A stretch of DNA of 46,211 nt, filler included, from Catajapyx aquilonaris (lineage: Eukaryota), in NCBI GenBank assembly GCA_000934665.2. It is 2 parts of 2 records of this genome, joined end to end, with 100 filler letters (N's around TTAATTAATTAA, not from the genome) between each part and the next. Parts side by side here need not be neighbours in the genome. Positions count along the whole stretch, not along the records: positions 1 to 23,059 come from KZ539414.1; 1 more part is not named here. One strand, written 5' to 3'. The position numbers were made by a program, and so were the translations under genes. Under the pieces are notes generated by a model, which was given only the letters and a program-made list of their open reading frames with translations, was not told where the DNA came from and made no database searches. Numbering within the stretch: position 1 is the stretch's first letter; each line of letters begins with the position of its first letter. Below are positions 1 to 12,432 of this stretch, one piece after another.

Positions 1-1016
1 GATACTCCAGTTTCATGCCGATACCTCCATATTTGCGGCCGTGACAGCGAGAGGAAGAAGTGTCAAACTCACGGGCCGGCCCGCGACGGGCTCCCCGTAA
101 CAATGGATCGCGTAGCCTAGAGCGCGCTCTTGAGCCAAAAGGATGCAGATGATGTATGTTGCACGGATCCAATGAGTTCACTGGAATTCTGGTGTGTTTC
201 TGTTTGGAAATAAGCTGTAGTAGTGACTACATAATATTTTACAGACCATGCTATCATATTGGTGAACAGTCCTCACTACTTTTCCAGTGCACTTGTTGGA
301 GCCTTCCGACATGGACCATCATTTTTTTAGGCTTCAATAACACACTAACAATATTAGGCTAGTGTTACTATTCTTATAACATCTTTGTGTTTTTTATGAC
401 TATCCTGAATCCTGAATCTCAAGCCTTTAGAATTTGCAGCACATTGAAATATTTCTCCCAAAACAAAATTTATTGCCTTACATGTTGTTTGCACTGAGGT
501 CATTCCATGTCAAGTGAGTCAAGGGAACAGCAAAACCAGTACTTCCTTTCTTAGGTGCCGTGTCGGAGACAGTAAAGCACAGAGGTCATGATGCCACAAA
601 ATAGTGTGAAGTCTGCATGAGGCTCCTGGGGGTGTGGGCCTGGTGGTGGGGCACATTGGTCTCTCCAATCAGGCAGAGTGCAATCATGACATTATGCCCA
701 AACTTCCATTCAGCAGCAGTGAGAATGAGCCCATAATTTTGAATTGTGTTAGGCACTCAACCGTCAGGTGGGCCTAAACTGTTCACATTGCTCCCCATTC
801 TGATGTCTCTGTGCCAGATATAATGCCAAAATATTTCATTGCACTTATTTACCTACTATTTGTAACCTTGTGGGCTAACCATTATGGTGCTTAGAGCAAA
901 TCCTTTTTGGGGCCTCATCATTATAACAGTGAGGGTTAGGACTGTCTCCTACTCTACAATGTCAACTGCATCACATTACAATTCCATGTCTTTGTGTAAG
1001 CATTCTCACCCTAAGC

Positions 1017-1193
1017 CAGTGGTTTCCAACCGTTTACCAACTGCGACCCCCTAAACATGTTTCCATAAATGTGCAACAAACCCCCCNNNNNNNNNNNNNN
1101 NNNNNNNNNNNNNNNNNNNNNNNNNNNNNNNNNNNNNNNNNNNNNNNNNNNNCCCCCCGACCCTGCCCGCAACCCACCGGTTGGAAACCACTG
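1017..1193. mobile_element. hAT-type MITE spanning an N gap
   Basis: TIR CAGTGGTTTCCAACC / GGTTGGAAACCACTG; exact 8-bp TSD CCCTAAGC at 1009-1016 and 1194-1201. Confidence 0.85.
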
Positions 1194-1643
1194 CCCTAAG
1201 CTATCCTGTTCAGGTTGGCATATTGGTGAACATTAAGATAAGTCTCTCTAGCTTCTAGCTTGAACTAAATATTTCATCACATTCCATTTGAATTATTCAC
1301 AAAATGTAGGTAAAGCTCTGGTTAAAGATGAATGTGTGCCCATTACTGAACTTTTCATTTGTCCCAGCAGAGGATATCCAATGTATTTTTGTAGCACACA
1401 AATCACATCAACATAAATGAAGGAATCCTAGCAAGAAATGTTGGGAATTTATAGGATGCCTATTTTTGTACTAGCTTTTTAAATTTTTGGTGCTGAGAGT
1501 ACACTAGGATGAATTCTAAAAGGGAAAGCTAGTATTGCAAAAGAATATCAATAATTCCATTTTCAATAAACAGTTATCTATCATTCCTTTAATAATAATG
1601 ACAACGACAACGATACTTGCAATTTGTAATCTGACCATTTCAG

Positions 1644-1886
1644 GCAATCCGAGAAGTGCTGCTTCTAGGTCATCGCCAGGCTTTTGCATGGATCGATGAA
1701 TGGTATGGTATGTCTGAGGAAGATGTACGAAAATATGAGAACGACATGCAAGCAAAAACCAACGTGAAAGTCCTGCAGCCACAAAGTGATGTTTTGCCAC
1801 TTGAGGAACAGGCTGAAGAGGAGACAGCCATGCCAACCACGTCATCTCCATCACCTAAAGTCAAGTCATGGTTTTCTTGGTCTTAG
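1644..1886 (+). CDS. PITPNC1: Terminal coding exon of class IIB phosphatidylinositol transfer protein (PITPNC1/rdgB-beta-like)
   Basis: Acceptor ttTCAG at 1638-1643, then AIREVLLLGHRQAFAWIDEWYGMSEEDVRKYE (the PITP HRQ-F-W-D-W motif) and a short Ser/Pro tail ending in TAG. Upstream exons are not in the window. Confidence 0.9.
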   Translation, partial: AIREVLLLGHRQAFAWIDEWYGMSEEDVRKYENDMQAKTNVKVLQPQSDVLPLEEQAEEETAMPTTSSPSPKVKSWFSWS

Positions 1887-3401
1887 TTTTTGACCATATG
1901 CAAGAGCGCTATTTTTTTTAGCACTGTAATTCTCAGGCCTTTTTTCCAAATTTGTGATACAATCAAATTTTTTGCCAAAGATCTTTCATATGTACAGCAA
2001 CATGAACCAACTAGGCATAATTTTGGACAATCAATTGTTTCTTGACATAAGTGTCCACAGCCCATGGCCACTGCACTTAAATAACTAACAATCTAGCAGG
2101 GATAGTGAAACTTATTATTAGTGTTGTTGTTGTTGTAGGTAAAGGGTAATTCATAGACATAAGGAGAAAGGAGCCATACTGGGTTGGTATATATGTACTA
2201 TATGTCGTGATTGCATTTCATATTTATATTTAGAGGTACCTGCATGGCATTGGCACTTTCTGTCAAGTGACAGGAAAACCATACTTTAAAGGGGTGTTAA
2301 GGGCTGACCAGCCAGTGCGGCTCTACAGCCTCTCGTTCCCGGTTTATTAACCAAGATACAAGATACCAAGATACAAGCAAGATACAAAATCACAAACAAA
2401 AAAAGGAAAACCATACTGTGAGAAAAATACTTGATACAAGTATTGAGATGTTGCACACACACAGTTTTCATTTTAAGAAAGCTTATTTGCCAGGGGCAAC
2501 CAAGGTTATTCCATTTCTCACAACAAAAATACATACGGTACTGGAAGTGTGTCAGTATTGTCACATCAAGACAAAATTTTCACACAAATGTTTTCTAACT
2601 CTAGAACTACTTTTCAGAAATGTTGCAGTCTCATTTGTGAATCGCTCACCCACCAAGTAAAGCGATGTGAAATTTCTCTTGACTGTGCAGGTACCTCGTT
2701 TTGTGCGGGTGGTATGAGTTGTTTTTTTCAAATGAAACTAATAGTACAATTTACAAGGGAATGTCTACTTAAAAGTGAAAGTACTTGATATGTTAAACAG
2801 TATCACACTTGCCAATCATCTTTTATGTGACACCCTCAGTTACATATTATTGTCATTGCCTGGAGATACGATGAGGTTTTTCTACTTGAACATCCAAGGG
2901 AATGGCTAGAGATTAAATTTTATACTCACCACTCTCCATTGATAGGGTGTTTGTCTGGTATTCAAGTTTGGTGTATTTGTGGAGGTATACACACCTCCTG
3001 AACAAGGTCAAGAACAGATATTATGTACATAATGGCTAAGATAATAGCATAATTTGGGAAATTGATTGCCCTAATAGCATTCTGCCCTGTAATGCAGGGA
3101 CAATATAATTTTAAGGTCATCATCACTTACCATCAGTGAAAACACTACAAGTGCTCCAATTGAAGCTGTCCGTAGTGATTAGTGTCTTAGGTCATATGTT
3201 GCTCAATATTAAGCAGTTACTCTGTCAATTAATATTGGTGTCAATATCAGGTTGAAAGGTTTGCCTGCTAATCAAAAAGAGGACATGCAGACCCCGTGAG
3301 GTTATTACAGTCAGTGAGATGGCTTGGTCTCAGCTGAAAGTTCAGATGGAAGTGCTGGGTGTCCAAACCTTCAGTACCAGTACATTTGTGTGTGATATGT
3401 A

Positions 3402-3784
3402 CAGTACCCTGCATTAATGGCTATGCACAGACATCGCCACCTGTTCAAGAACGAGCAGAATTAGGCGTCGGTGGGCTGCGTCCAAAATACTTGGACAGCT
3501 CAAGATATCGCGGTAGATTCAAACACTTGCTACAAAGATGGATCACGGTGGATCACAGATATATCTGTGGGATGAATTATAAGGCCATTGCGATTCCTAT
3601 CAATGTATTGAAGTTGTGAACCAGTTATTACACAGACCACGCGAATGCCTGTTAATCCACCGCGATATCTTGAGCCGTCTAGAGCGGGCTCGTGAGCAGT
3701 CTTGAGATCAAAGTATTTTGTACACAGCCCACCGCATCCCGCCAGGTGGCGATGTCTGTGCATAGCCAATAATGCAGGGTACTG
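3402..3784. mobile_element. Tc1/mariner-type foldback MITE
   Basis: TA-flanked termini CAGTACCCTGCATTAATGGCTATGCACAGACATCGCCACCTG and its near-perfect reverse complement; the inverted match continues inward (GCTCAAGATATCGCGGT / ACCGCGATATCTTGAGC). Confidence 0.85.
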
Positions 3785-4523
3785 TAGCTAACATCCCCTC
3801 GTCCAAAATATACTTGTATAATAGGTCTTTCGGGGATCAATTTTGAACTAATTTCAAGCAACCTTGGTTAGAAACAAGTACTGAACCTGTTATGGTTATA
3901 AATGCACTAATATGTGACTCTATTTATTCCACTAAACATTAGGAATCAATTTATTGAAAACTCCTAAAAGTAATTTTTTAAATAATAAGCAAAAATAGCT
4001 AACCATTACAGGCACTTTATTTGGAGCATACTGTATATCATTGGATTTCAAGATTCTGTTATGTAGCAGTTGAAACAATGACAGAAATTTCATATGTTTG
4101 TGTGAAATATACTCTAGATTTTTCAAAGTTCAAAGTAATGTCACCACTGTTTCCAATGTTATTGTGACTTATAATGACAACAGAACAGTCCCAACTTTTA
4201 AATTTCAGAGTAGAACTACTATCCGTTTATTTAACATAGAGCCCGGTGTTTTTGACTCAAAACAACTCCCAGGCAAATGATCCAAAAACATAATGTTATA
4301 TAGCATTCGAAAGATTGTTTAAATCCATATATGCGAATTGTTTTCCTATTTTCATTGTGTAATTTTTTATTGCAAGAAGAAAGTGGAAAGGTGTCATTTT
4401 TTGAGTAGTTGCCGACATTACCCTGCAAAATGAATTTTTTTCTGACACTTTCCGGAGGCAAAGGAAATCCCCCTGTGAACCCTGGATAGATCAAATCTTT
4501 GTCTATGGGCAATTCCTGTTATC

Positions 4524-4887
4524 GGGGAGGTGCGGTGGCTGAGATGGTAACATCTCAGCTTGCTGAGTGAAAGGTCCCAGGTTCGATCCCAGCCTGGGAT
4601 TTCTCTTTCACCTGTGTCGGGAGGGTCTCTGACCCGCACCTTGGAGGTGTCTGGCAACCTAACCTCCTGGGAAACAGCACATGACCCATTTATCGGTATT
4701 ACTCTTGCACTCACGTTCCCTCCCCAAAAAATCCCTACCTTACCCAATTTCCCTGATTTCCCTGCACGGGAGTTTGAAGTTAACTGAAAAATCTGAGAAA
4801 AATGGTGGTGTCCCACCCACCTAAGAGAGCCACTGGCTCGATCGCGGAGTAGGCTACAATTAATTTTTAAAAATAAAAAATAAAAAT
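4524..4887 (+). mobile_element. tRNA-derived SINE, family A copy 1
   Basis: A box TGGCTGAGATGG, B box GGTTCGATCCC, body similar to 9631-10004, A-rich tail, TSD AATTCCTGTT(A/G)TC at 4511 and 4888. Confidence 0.85.
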
Positions 4888-5648
4888 AATTCCTGTTGTC
4901 AGTGAAACCACCAGACTCTTAAAACAAAGTACCACACATGCAGTTTTTTCGTGTTGGACTGTGTTCATCTAAGTCCCTGGGGGTGTGTTTTCATATAAAT
5001 TATTTGAAGCATGCGTGCATTTGCATGAGGAAAATATTGGCCACCACAATTCACCCCCAAAGACATGGAATTTTGACAGGCGACTACAGAACATTTTTCG
5101 GAGGTGATATTTCGATGCTTGCAGAACTATTCACAAGGTGCAGGATATTGTCTAGGAAGCGTGATGTAAGCGGAGTAGTTATATCCGACAAAAGTCAGAA
5201 AGTGACTTGCAGTAGCAGAAAAATCGCATTCTGCGGATTACTGGAGTAATTGCGTCCGTACGTTACCTTAAACATGAAACAGTTACTGCCACAGCCTCCA
5301 GTGCTGCAGGATCTGGATCAAAACTAGAATGCAAAGTAAGAACCGCATGTTCTGTTTCACTGCACAAACAAGAACCACTAGTTCTAACAAATGGTGACAT
5401 GGAAAACGAATATACACGGTAACGCACGCACTAGCGCGTTTCTCACTTGATGTGATGTGTGCTTGCTCATACGCATTGTAGCAGGCAGTGAGTGATGAGG
5501 TGTTTATAAACACGGGCGAAATTTTCCAAGCTCAGGAGGTATGTTTCTAGGCCAGTGTGTCAAAAGTCAACACAACCTAATAATGGGTCGGGGCAAAAGT
5601 AACTCCCCGATTTGGTTTGCTAATAATATTGAAAGAAATAATAATAAT

Positions 5649-5901
5649 AATTGTGGCGTCCCAAGGCAAAAGGCAGTATCTGCACGTGCAAAAGGCAGTA
5701 TTTACAAAATTGTCTGAAGGAGTTATGTCACCTTTGAAATGTCTTCCGTTGAATTCGGCGCTAAAACATACATGTGCCACCATATTTTCATTTAGGTAGC
5801 TCTTACTGTATGCGAAAAAAACCATGTTGAACTTCAAGTGCCTTTTTCTCGGACCCCCCCAAAAGTCCAGATACTGCCTTTTGACTTTGGACGCCACAAT
5901 T
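5649..5901. mobile_element. MITE with about 34-bp TIRs, superfamily unassigned
   Basis: AATTGTGGCGTCCCAAGGCAAAAGGCAGTATCTG versus CAGATACTGCCTTTTGACTTTGGACGCCACAATT. Confidence 0.7.
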
Positions 5902-6019
5902 CATAATAATTGGGTTTAGTGCACCGCCCTTGCTGGGCATCTGGCACGGTACCTTTATTTTTGCTTTTGGATGTAACAAGCTTTCGGTCCTTTATTGTAG
6001 CACCCGAGTACCACAAGCG

Positions 6020-6245
6020 AGGGAGGATGAGTGGGAGGGGATGTCAATGTGTTTTGCAGTAACGTTGCTTTGGTCATTTTTGTGAACTCCCCCAGGTGGT
6101 TAGTCTACGGAAATCCCACCCGAGACGATGAGATGACCACAAACTCTGCACGAGATGAAGGGGGGAATGCCTGGGCTTGGTATCGAACCCGGGACCCTTC
6201 CATCCATGGGCGCATATGTTGCGGCAGCGCCACTCCGTCTCCCCA
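6020..6245 (-). mobile_element. tRNA-derived SINE, family B copy 1 (3' end degraded)
   Basis: Minus-strand B box GGTTCGATACC; body aligns with 23760-23975. Confidence 0.75.
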
Positions 6246-6291
6246 TATTGAAAGAAATTAAAGATTTTTTTTTCTCACATATGTTCATTGA

Positions 6292-6926
6292 TGGCCGGTT
6301 GCACCGTCACGGTATATGGAAAACGGCAGGTTTTCACTCCGATATACCGCGAGAAGTGTTGCGCCGCCTACGGTTTTTCTAAAACGGCGCGTTCTCCCTC
6401 CCATTTACCGCCGGATCTACCCGCCCATCCTGCAGCGCAAGTTGCTTATACCGCGGGTTTATGGGTGTTGTCATGGTTCCGGACTGGTGCGAGGGATTTC
6501 GTGTACTGTGTGACACCATGTGGCAACCCTGCGACATGGTTGCCGTAGAACTAGACGACTATAGATGGGTCGGTGAACGAACGCAAGCGGGTGCCCAATT
6601 TTATTACAGGAATTACATTACAAACTGTATTCCGACCTGTCATAAAATTGGCCATCTGCTTGCGTTCGTTCGCCGACCCATCTATAGCTATACTTCCATG
6701 ACGTCACGGGTGCTGCGATCCAATCAGCACTCTCCTAAACTTTTGCCCGCTTACTCTCTCTCATGGGCCAGCCTACTACCGATAACTCCCCGTTTATCTG
6801 GACCCTCGGATTGCCGGTGCAACGCTATGGAATAAACCCGCGGTTTTTCATGGTATATACCGTGTACCCGCGGTGCAGGGTTCTTCCATATACCTTCCCA
6901 TATACCGGGACCGGTGCAACCGGCCC
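6292..6926. mobile_element. PIF/Harbinger-like MITE
   Basis: TIR GGCCGGTTGCACCG...CGGTATATGG and its complement; 3-bp TSD TGA at 6289-6291 and 6927-6929; CpG-rich interior. Confidence 0.75.
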
Positions 6927-7667
6927 TGAGAGTTTAAATTTGAGTTTCTCAATGTTTTAGAATTATATGGACTAAATGTCTGCCTTCAGCGGCTCTTCAC
7001 AAATAGGCTGTTTTTGTTGCATTATCAACACCAAAGTATTGCCCGTGTGTTTTCCATTTCTTGTCGAATGTCGTTCAGGTGGTTCGTGGTTTATTCATGC
7101 ACACCTTTTCTTCTGAATAACCCCATAAAAAAAGAAACCTGGAGCTGTATGTGTGTTCACTCTGGAGATTAAATTGCAGGCAAAAGCAAGTAACTATAAC
7201 GAGAAATTACTTGACATTATTTTGTAAAGCTCCATGACATTGCGTGCTTAAGTTCCTTTTTTTGGAAAAAATATACATAGTGTGTGAGAGTATCCGCTGC
7301 TTTCTTATTGCCGAATACCCTGCGCAGAATCGTACTGTCTGTACGTGACTAAGTTTGTCCGTATGTTACCAGAAATATAGGCGATGAAACCAACCGTACA
7401 TCTGCTTCATATGGAAGAAATTTGGCACGAGGTGAATCTTGGACATCATACTTTGACATAATATTTGAGAACTCATAGTTGCCGGTCACAATTCGCAGAC
7501 TTGTCACAACGCGTAATCCGATGCAGAATCTTCCATTCCGTCTGCGTCCATACGTGACCATTCCATTTCGCATGTCCAACAATTGCTTAAACGAGATTAC
7601 ACGACTTCCAATGAGTGCTTTCGAAAGTTTTTGATGGTGTGCACCGATTGCAGTGCTTAGATCACAT

Positions 7668-7810
7668 ATTTTTATTTTATTTATTTTATTTAAGTAACCC
7701 CATTGTTGGGGCAGAGCCCCTTAAGGGGGACAGCTCTGACTGCGATTGCATTTTTATACATTTAGTATTTATCCTGATAACAGGGAATAGAAAAGAAAAA
7801 TAATAAACAA
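7668..7810 (-). mobile_element. Short 3'-end fragment related to the LINE at 12958-13821
   Basis: Minus strand reads GCAGTCAGAGCTGTCCCCCTTAAGGGGCTCTGCCCCAACAATGGGGT plus an A-rich tail, matching the LINE 3' end. Confidence 0.7.
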
Positions 7811-7956
7811 TTTTATTGAATCCAACCCCGGATTATTCGGATTATAGATGGGTTCGGATTATTTGCATAATATTGTTCTAATGTTTGCATTTTCATTTTG
7901 GTACCCTACGAGGGGGTTATTTCAGAGGAGGGAAAACTTTTTCAGTGTGGGGGGGT

Positions 7957-8230
7957 TTTAGGGGGGGAGTTCATCCCAATTTTGTTTTGACTGGAACTCT
8001 TTGCTTTCATTTTTACTTTGCTTTCATTTTTACTTCGCTTTTTGGGATAGGATAGGGATGGAAGGACGCGGCTGTGGCCTAATTATTTAGGAAGCAATCC
8101 CGGAATTCTCCTGGGGGGACCGTGGGAAACCACAGAAAACCACGGTTAGGATTGCCGGCCTCGGGACTCGAAACCCAGGCCCTCCCGATTAGCAGTCGAA
8201 CACCTTATCCACTCCACGTAACTGCTTCAG
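7957..8230 (-). mobile_element. tRNA-derived SINE, family C (tail type 1)
   Basis: Head contains GACTGCTAATC (tRNA-Ser(GCT)-like anticodon arm); core GTGGTTTTCTGTGGTTTCC...AGGCCACAGCCGC; tail shared with 28054-28382. Confidence 0.8.
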
Positions 8231-9630
8231 TTACAGAGAGCAGTATGTAATTGATAGAGTAAAAAGTAACTAGCTAGTAATTACTCACTACTGAGCCAAT
8301 TAGCTTGAAAGAATTTATTCATAAACAAACAATGAGTTTGAAAGGCCCTCTAATGAGGCACTAAAAATTTATTTCTCCTAGTTACACATTTTTTCATCTT
8401 GGGAGGGTACCAAGGGTCTGCCCCCACCCTCGCCCATGGCAAGTATATTCTCCCCCGCACCCTCTCCTCCCCCGGAGGCCCGGAGTCTTCTAAACCAGCC
8501 ATCCTGACACGAAGTTGACCCCTGACGTTTAAGTTTAGTCCAGAAGAGCATTTCGGGGTCTGGCTGTTTTGAAAACGACCACGCTGCGGAGTGGATGGTT
8601 TGACATGCAGCATTCCGCGGTCTGACCATTTTAAAACGTCCATTCCGCGGAGTGGATGGTTTGAAAAGGAGCATTCCACTGTCTGGACATTTTTTTCCCC
8701 AATGGCCATTTTCGGGGTTGAGCCTAACATATATACAGGACGTGCCAAGTTTGTGGGTCACTTTTCTTATCACTAATATTGCCTGAAGTGGTTATTTTTT
8801 TTGTAGCTGCTTGTGCCCCTAATCAGTTGCCCCATTACTCCTAGGTGGTCGAATATAGCAGTTGCTGTAGAATAGGGCAACTGTTTAGGGACACAACAAG
8901 CTACAAAAAAGTAACCACTTCGGGCAATATTAGTAAAAAGAAAAGTGACCCATGAACTTAGAACACCCTGTATATGGTACACCAACTCATTTGGCACCCT
9001 GCCATGCAAATTTCACCCACATTCAGCTTTTATCCCCATAAAAGTTACAAAAAATTATTGCAGAATCTGCACAAATTGCATATCAACAGCTGCATCATTT
9101 ATGGATGTAATAAATTGTGTGGGGGAATTTTGGCTTGAAAGTAAGACATACTGTATGTACAGTATGCGTTTTTCTCCCTGATCTCCAGTTTTCATGTACA
9201 CAATAAAATAATTGTATCACATTATTATCTTAGCACATAGGAACACCAAGGTGAAATACAACCCTTCCCCCTTCATAAGGAAAAGAGGTCAAGGCAGTGC
9301 CCTTGTCATATCACCAAACAACAGTACAGGAAGTACGTGTTTTATGCCACTCCATTTTACGCCGTATCACATTAGCACAGGTTTTTGAATTACATTTGAA
9401 AAAATTTAATTGAAAATTTTTGAACAATTAGAACATAACAACACAATCTAACATCACTGCAACACTTCTGAGCCCATACCCATGACCATGAAGGCTCTTC
9501 TTTTTATATATTTCTGTGGTGCCTTGTGACAGGATCTATCAGTACCATATTGTTGGTCTCAGCACTCCCCAAAGGACTCGAACCATTGTTAAATACGGTA
9601 CCCTAAGTGTACTTAAATGCTTGCCGTAGA

Positions 9631-10004
9631 GGTGTGAGGTGTGAGGTTGGGGAGGTGTGGTGGCCGTGATGGTAACGTCACGGCTTGCTGAGCGAAAGGC
9701 CCCAGGTTCGATCCCCGCCTGGGGAACTTTCCTTTCGCCTGCGTCAGGAGGGTCTCTGACCTGCACCAAGGAGGTGTCTGGCAACCTAACCTCCTGGGGG
9801 ACAGCACATGACCCAGTTGTTGACATTGCACTTGCACCTACGTTCCCTCCCCAAAAATCCCTTCCCCTACCCGACATCCTTGACTCCTTGCACCGGTGTA
9901 TGAAGAAAAGTGTAATACACATAGAAAACTGATGGTGGTGAGCCACCCCCCTATAGGGCTTAGGCCCACAACGGGGTACATAATTTTAAAAAAATAAATT
10001 AAAA
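9631..10004 (+). mobile_element. tRNA-derived SINE, family A copy 2
   Basis: A box TGGCCGTGATGG, B box GGTTCGATCCC; exact 16-bp TSD AAATGCTTGCCGTAGA at 9615-9630 and 10005-10020. Confidence 0.9.
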
Positions 10005-11629
10005 AAATGCTTGCCGTAGAAGGAAAAGGAGCCCTCAGAACCGTATGACACTCAACCTGGAACCTCCCATTAAAAGTTTGTAATAAACGTTTCAAATTAT
10101 TCCACATTAAAAACAGCAATATTAATATTGTCCATGGGAAAATTTTGGAAATTTCGGAACCTATCTCATGTACTTACATTATAATATTGTCTCATGTCAC
10201 ATTCACTATATACTGATTCACTTTACTCCGCTATGTCACTGGAACCAATTACCGGCGTAAAATTGGTACTTCCTGTATTACAATAACTTGCACTAAGGCA
10301 ACATTTACTATAAACTACTACTCCACCCAGCAAGTTTAGGATCACCTTGGGCAGCCCCTTCCCAAAAAATTGAAACAAAAACAATATAAACAAGGTAAAC
10401 ACTGCACACAATCAAATAGACACTGTAAATAATGGGTGAAGGGGGCAAATGACAAGGCCTCTCTGGACTAGCAGTACCAACGAGAGGGCAAGCCCAAATA
10501 GGACAAACAAGATGTGAAAAAAATTGACCACATTTTTGTTTCGTTTTTTTTAAATCCACCATTTGAATTCCTTTTTTTGGGGACCTCATCCCGTTTAAAA
10601 TCCCCCCCCCCCCCCCCNCCGCCTCCAAATGGCCATATTCCTGTCCTTATTTTCCATATGTGTAATAAGTGTGAGGTGATGTCATGTATAATACATGAGT
10701 GACATCACTACAATATTCTATCTGCAAGGTGTTTCTTGTTAATGGAATGTCAGCTGGCAGTGTATTTTATTAGCCTAAAACAAATATCAATTGTATAAGG
10801 CCATGAAATGCCAAGGGACTGTAAGTGACAACGACTTAGATGACAAAGATTTGCCTTCTCCTACAGACACGTGACAATACACACTGCAGTGGCTGGCAGG
10901 CAACAGCCTGTGCAAAAGCCATAGTTGCTTAGGGAGCAGGATGACAGTGATACTGACTGTGAGTAGCCTACTGTGCAAGAGAGGTGACAATTTTGCAAGG
11001 TGTAGTCATGCACAGTAACCATAATGATGCTCACATCCATAGGCAACTACTGCATGTGCATGGGTTGTTCTGCCTGTAAATAGCTGCAAAGTGGCTTATC
11101 TTATGTGTTTATGGGAAGGCAAATATTTCTTGTTATCTACTCTACATTAACAATTGGCGGTCAGACATTTCCCACTTAGCTACATTTTAGCTTGTTTGTA
11201 GGCCAATGGGTAGGTTACACTGCTGCCAGATATTCCACTCCTATGAAACACCCTGTGTATAGTACATAATAAGGATAAAGCTTATTGCTGTTACCACACA
11301 AATTTATTCAAGGGCACTGGGAATCTCCTTCAAATCAAAATCAAAACAACTGTGAGCAAAATTGAACACCCAGTCCACAAATTGAATGAGACTATGAGAT
11401 GGTCCAAGCTCAATATTCCCAGTTTATTTTTTATCATACGTATCATCTCGTAATAACCAGGACCACTTTCTCTGTGGCATTAAATATGGAATAGTCATTC
11501 ACTTTTAAAATTGAACAAAATAGTCATGTCAATTAGCTGTTTAATGCAAGAATTTCAAGAACTGATGTCCACTGCGTATTTTCATCAGACATTACGTATA
11601 TCCATTAATTTACCACATGTGGTAACCAT

Positions 11630-12190
11630 TTAATTAGGCTCAACCATCGCAGCTGTGGCATCTGGTGCAGTTACTGCTGCTGGAAAAGTGTCAGCAGTAA
11701 TGGCCATAGGCTCAGCTGTGGCATCTGGTGCAGTTACTGCTGCTGGAAATGTGTCAGCAGTAGTGTCCATAGGTTCGGCTGTGGCATCTGGTGCAGTTAC
11801 TGCTGCTGGAAATGTGTCAGCAGTAGTGGCCATAGGCTCGGCTCCACCTGACACCCAGAATGCTGAATTTGGGTTGTGTAATGGCATGGCTTCAACTATG
11901 TGATTGGTCAACGTGAGGGCTGAGTATACAGCAGTAGGAGGAGGTGGCCACGCCATTCTAGGTGAAGGGAGCAGGACATTCTCTGTAAATGAAGCAACTG
12001 CTCCTTGCATTTGATGACTGGCCATTACACTGTTTAGTGCGATAACCATTTCATCCAGGGAGCACTGGACAGCTTCAATGTAGCATAGCTGCATCCCCAA
12101 GTTCACGTAGCAGCCATGCTTTTCAGTGGCAGCCTGGTAAGCTGCTCCCTCACTGTTCATGCGGATGACGATCTCACCTAAAGGATGACC
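11630..12190 (-). CDS. ESRP/fusilli-like gene, terminal exon (second half of RRM3 plus repeat tail)
   Basis: Acceptor ttccatAG; GHPLGEIVIRMNSEGAAYQAATEKHGCYVNLGMQLCYIEAVQCSLDEM resembles fusilli/ESRP RRM3 (GQPSGEAFIQM...RYIEVFQCS); phase 0 with the previous exon. Confidence 0.8.
   Translation of the reverse strand, partial: GHPLGEIVIRMNSEGAAYQAATEKHGCYVNLGMQLCYIEAVQCSLDEMVIALNSVMASHQMQGAVASFTENVLLPSPRMAWPPPPTAVYSALTLTNHIVEAMPLHNPNSAFWVSGGAEPMATTADTFPAAVTAPDATAEPMDTTADTFPAAVTAPDATAEPMAITADTFPAAVTAPDATAAMVEPN
11652..11840 (-). repeat. Coding tandem repeat, 3 x 63 bp (PMxxTADTFPAAVTAPDATAE)
   Basis: Units start at 11652, 11715 and 11778 and are near-identical. Confidence 0.95.
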
Positions 12191-12432
12191 CTATGGAAAA
12201 ATGCAATATACCATCATAAGAATGGTGGTAAAGAGGAGTGATTTACAGTACAAATGCAATAGTATAGGTCACCCTGTTGACATGCAATGAAATTTTTAAG
12301 ACTTTCAATAGTGGTCAATTTTCCAAAAAGTTGCAATATTTACCACGAACTTTTAATTAAATGTAATATTTTGCAATGTCATTGGTCACCAATTTTGGTA
12401 AAACATGTGGCTATAAGTTGATAGATCATATT

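Noticed and set aside
8350..8975. ORFs of 131-132 aa over CGCGGAGTGGATGGTTTGA repeats
   Set aside because: Likely the interior of a non-autonomous DNA element (mariner-like CACCCTGTA end near 8970); no protein similarity recognised and the left boundary could not be fixed.
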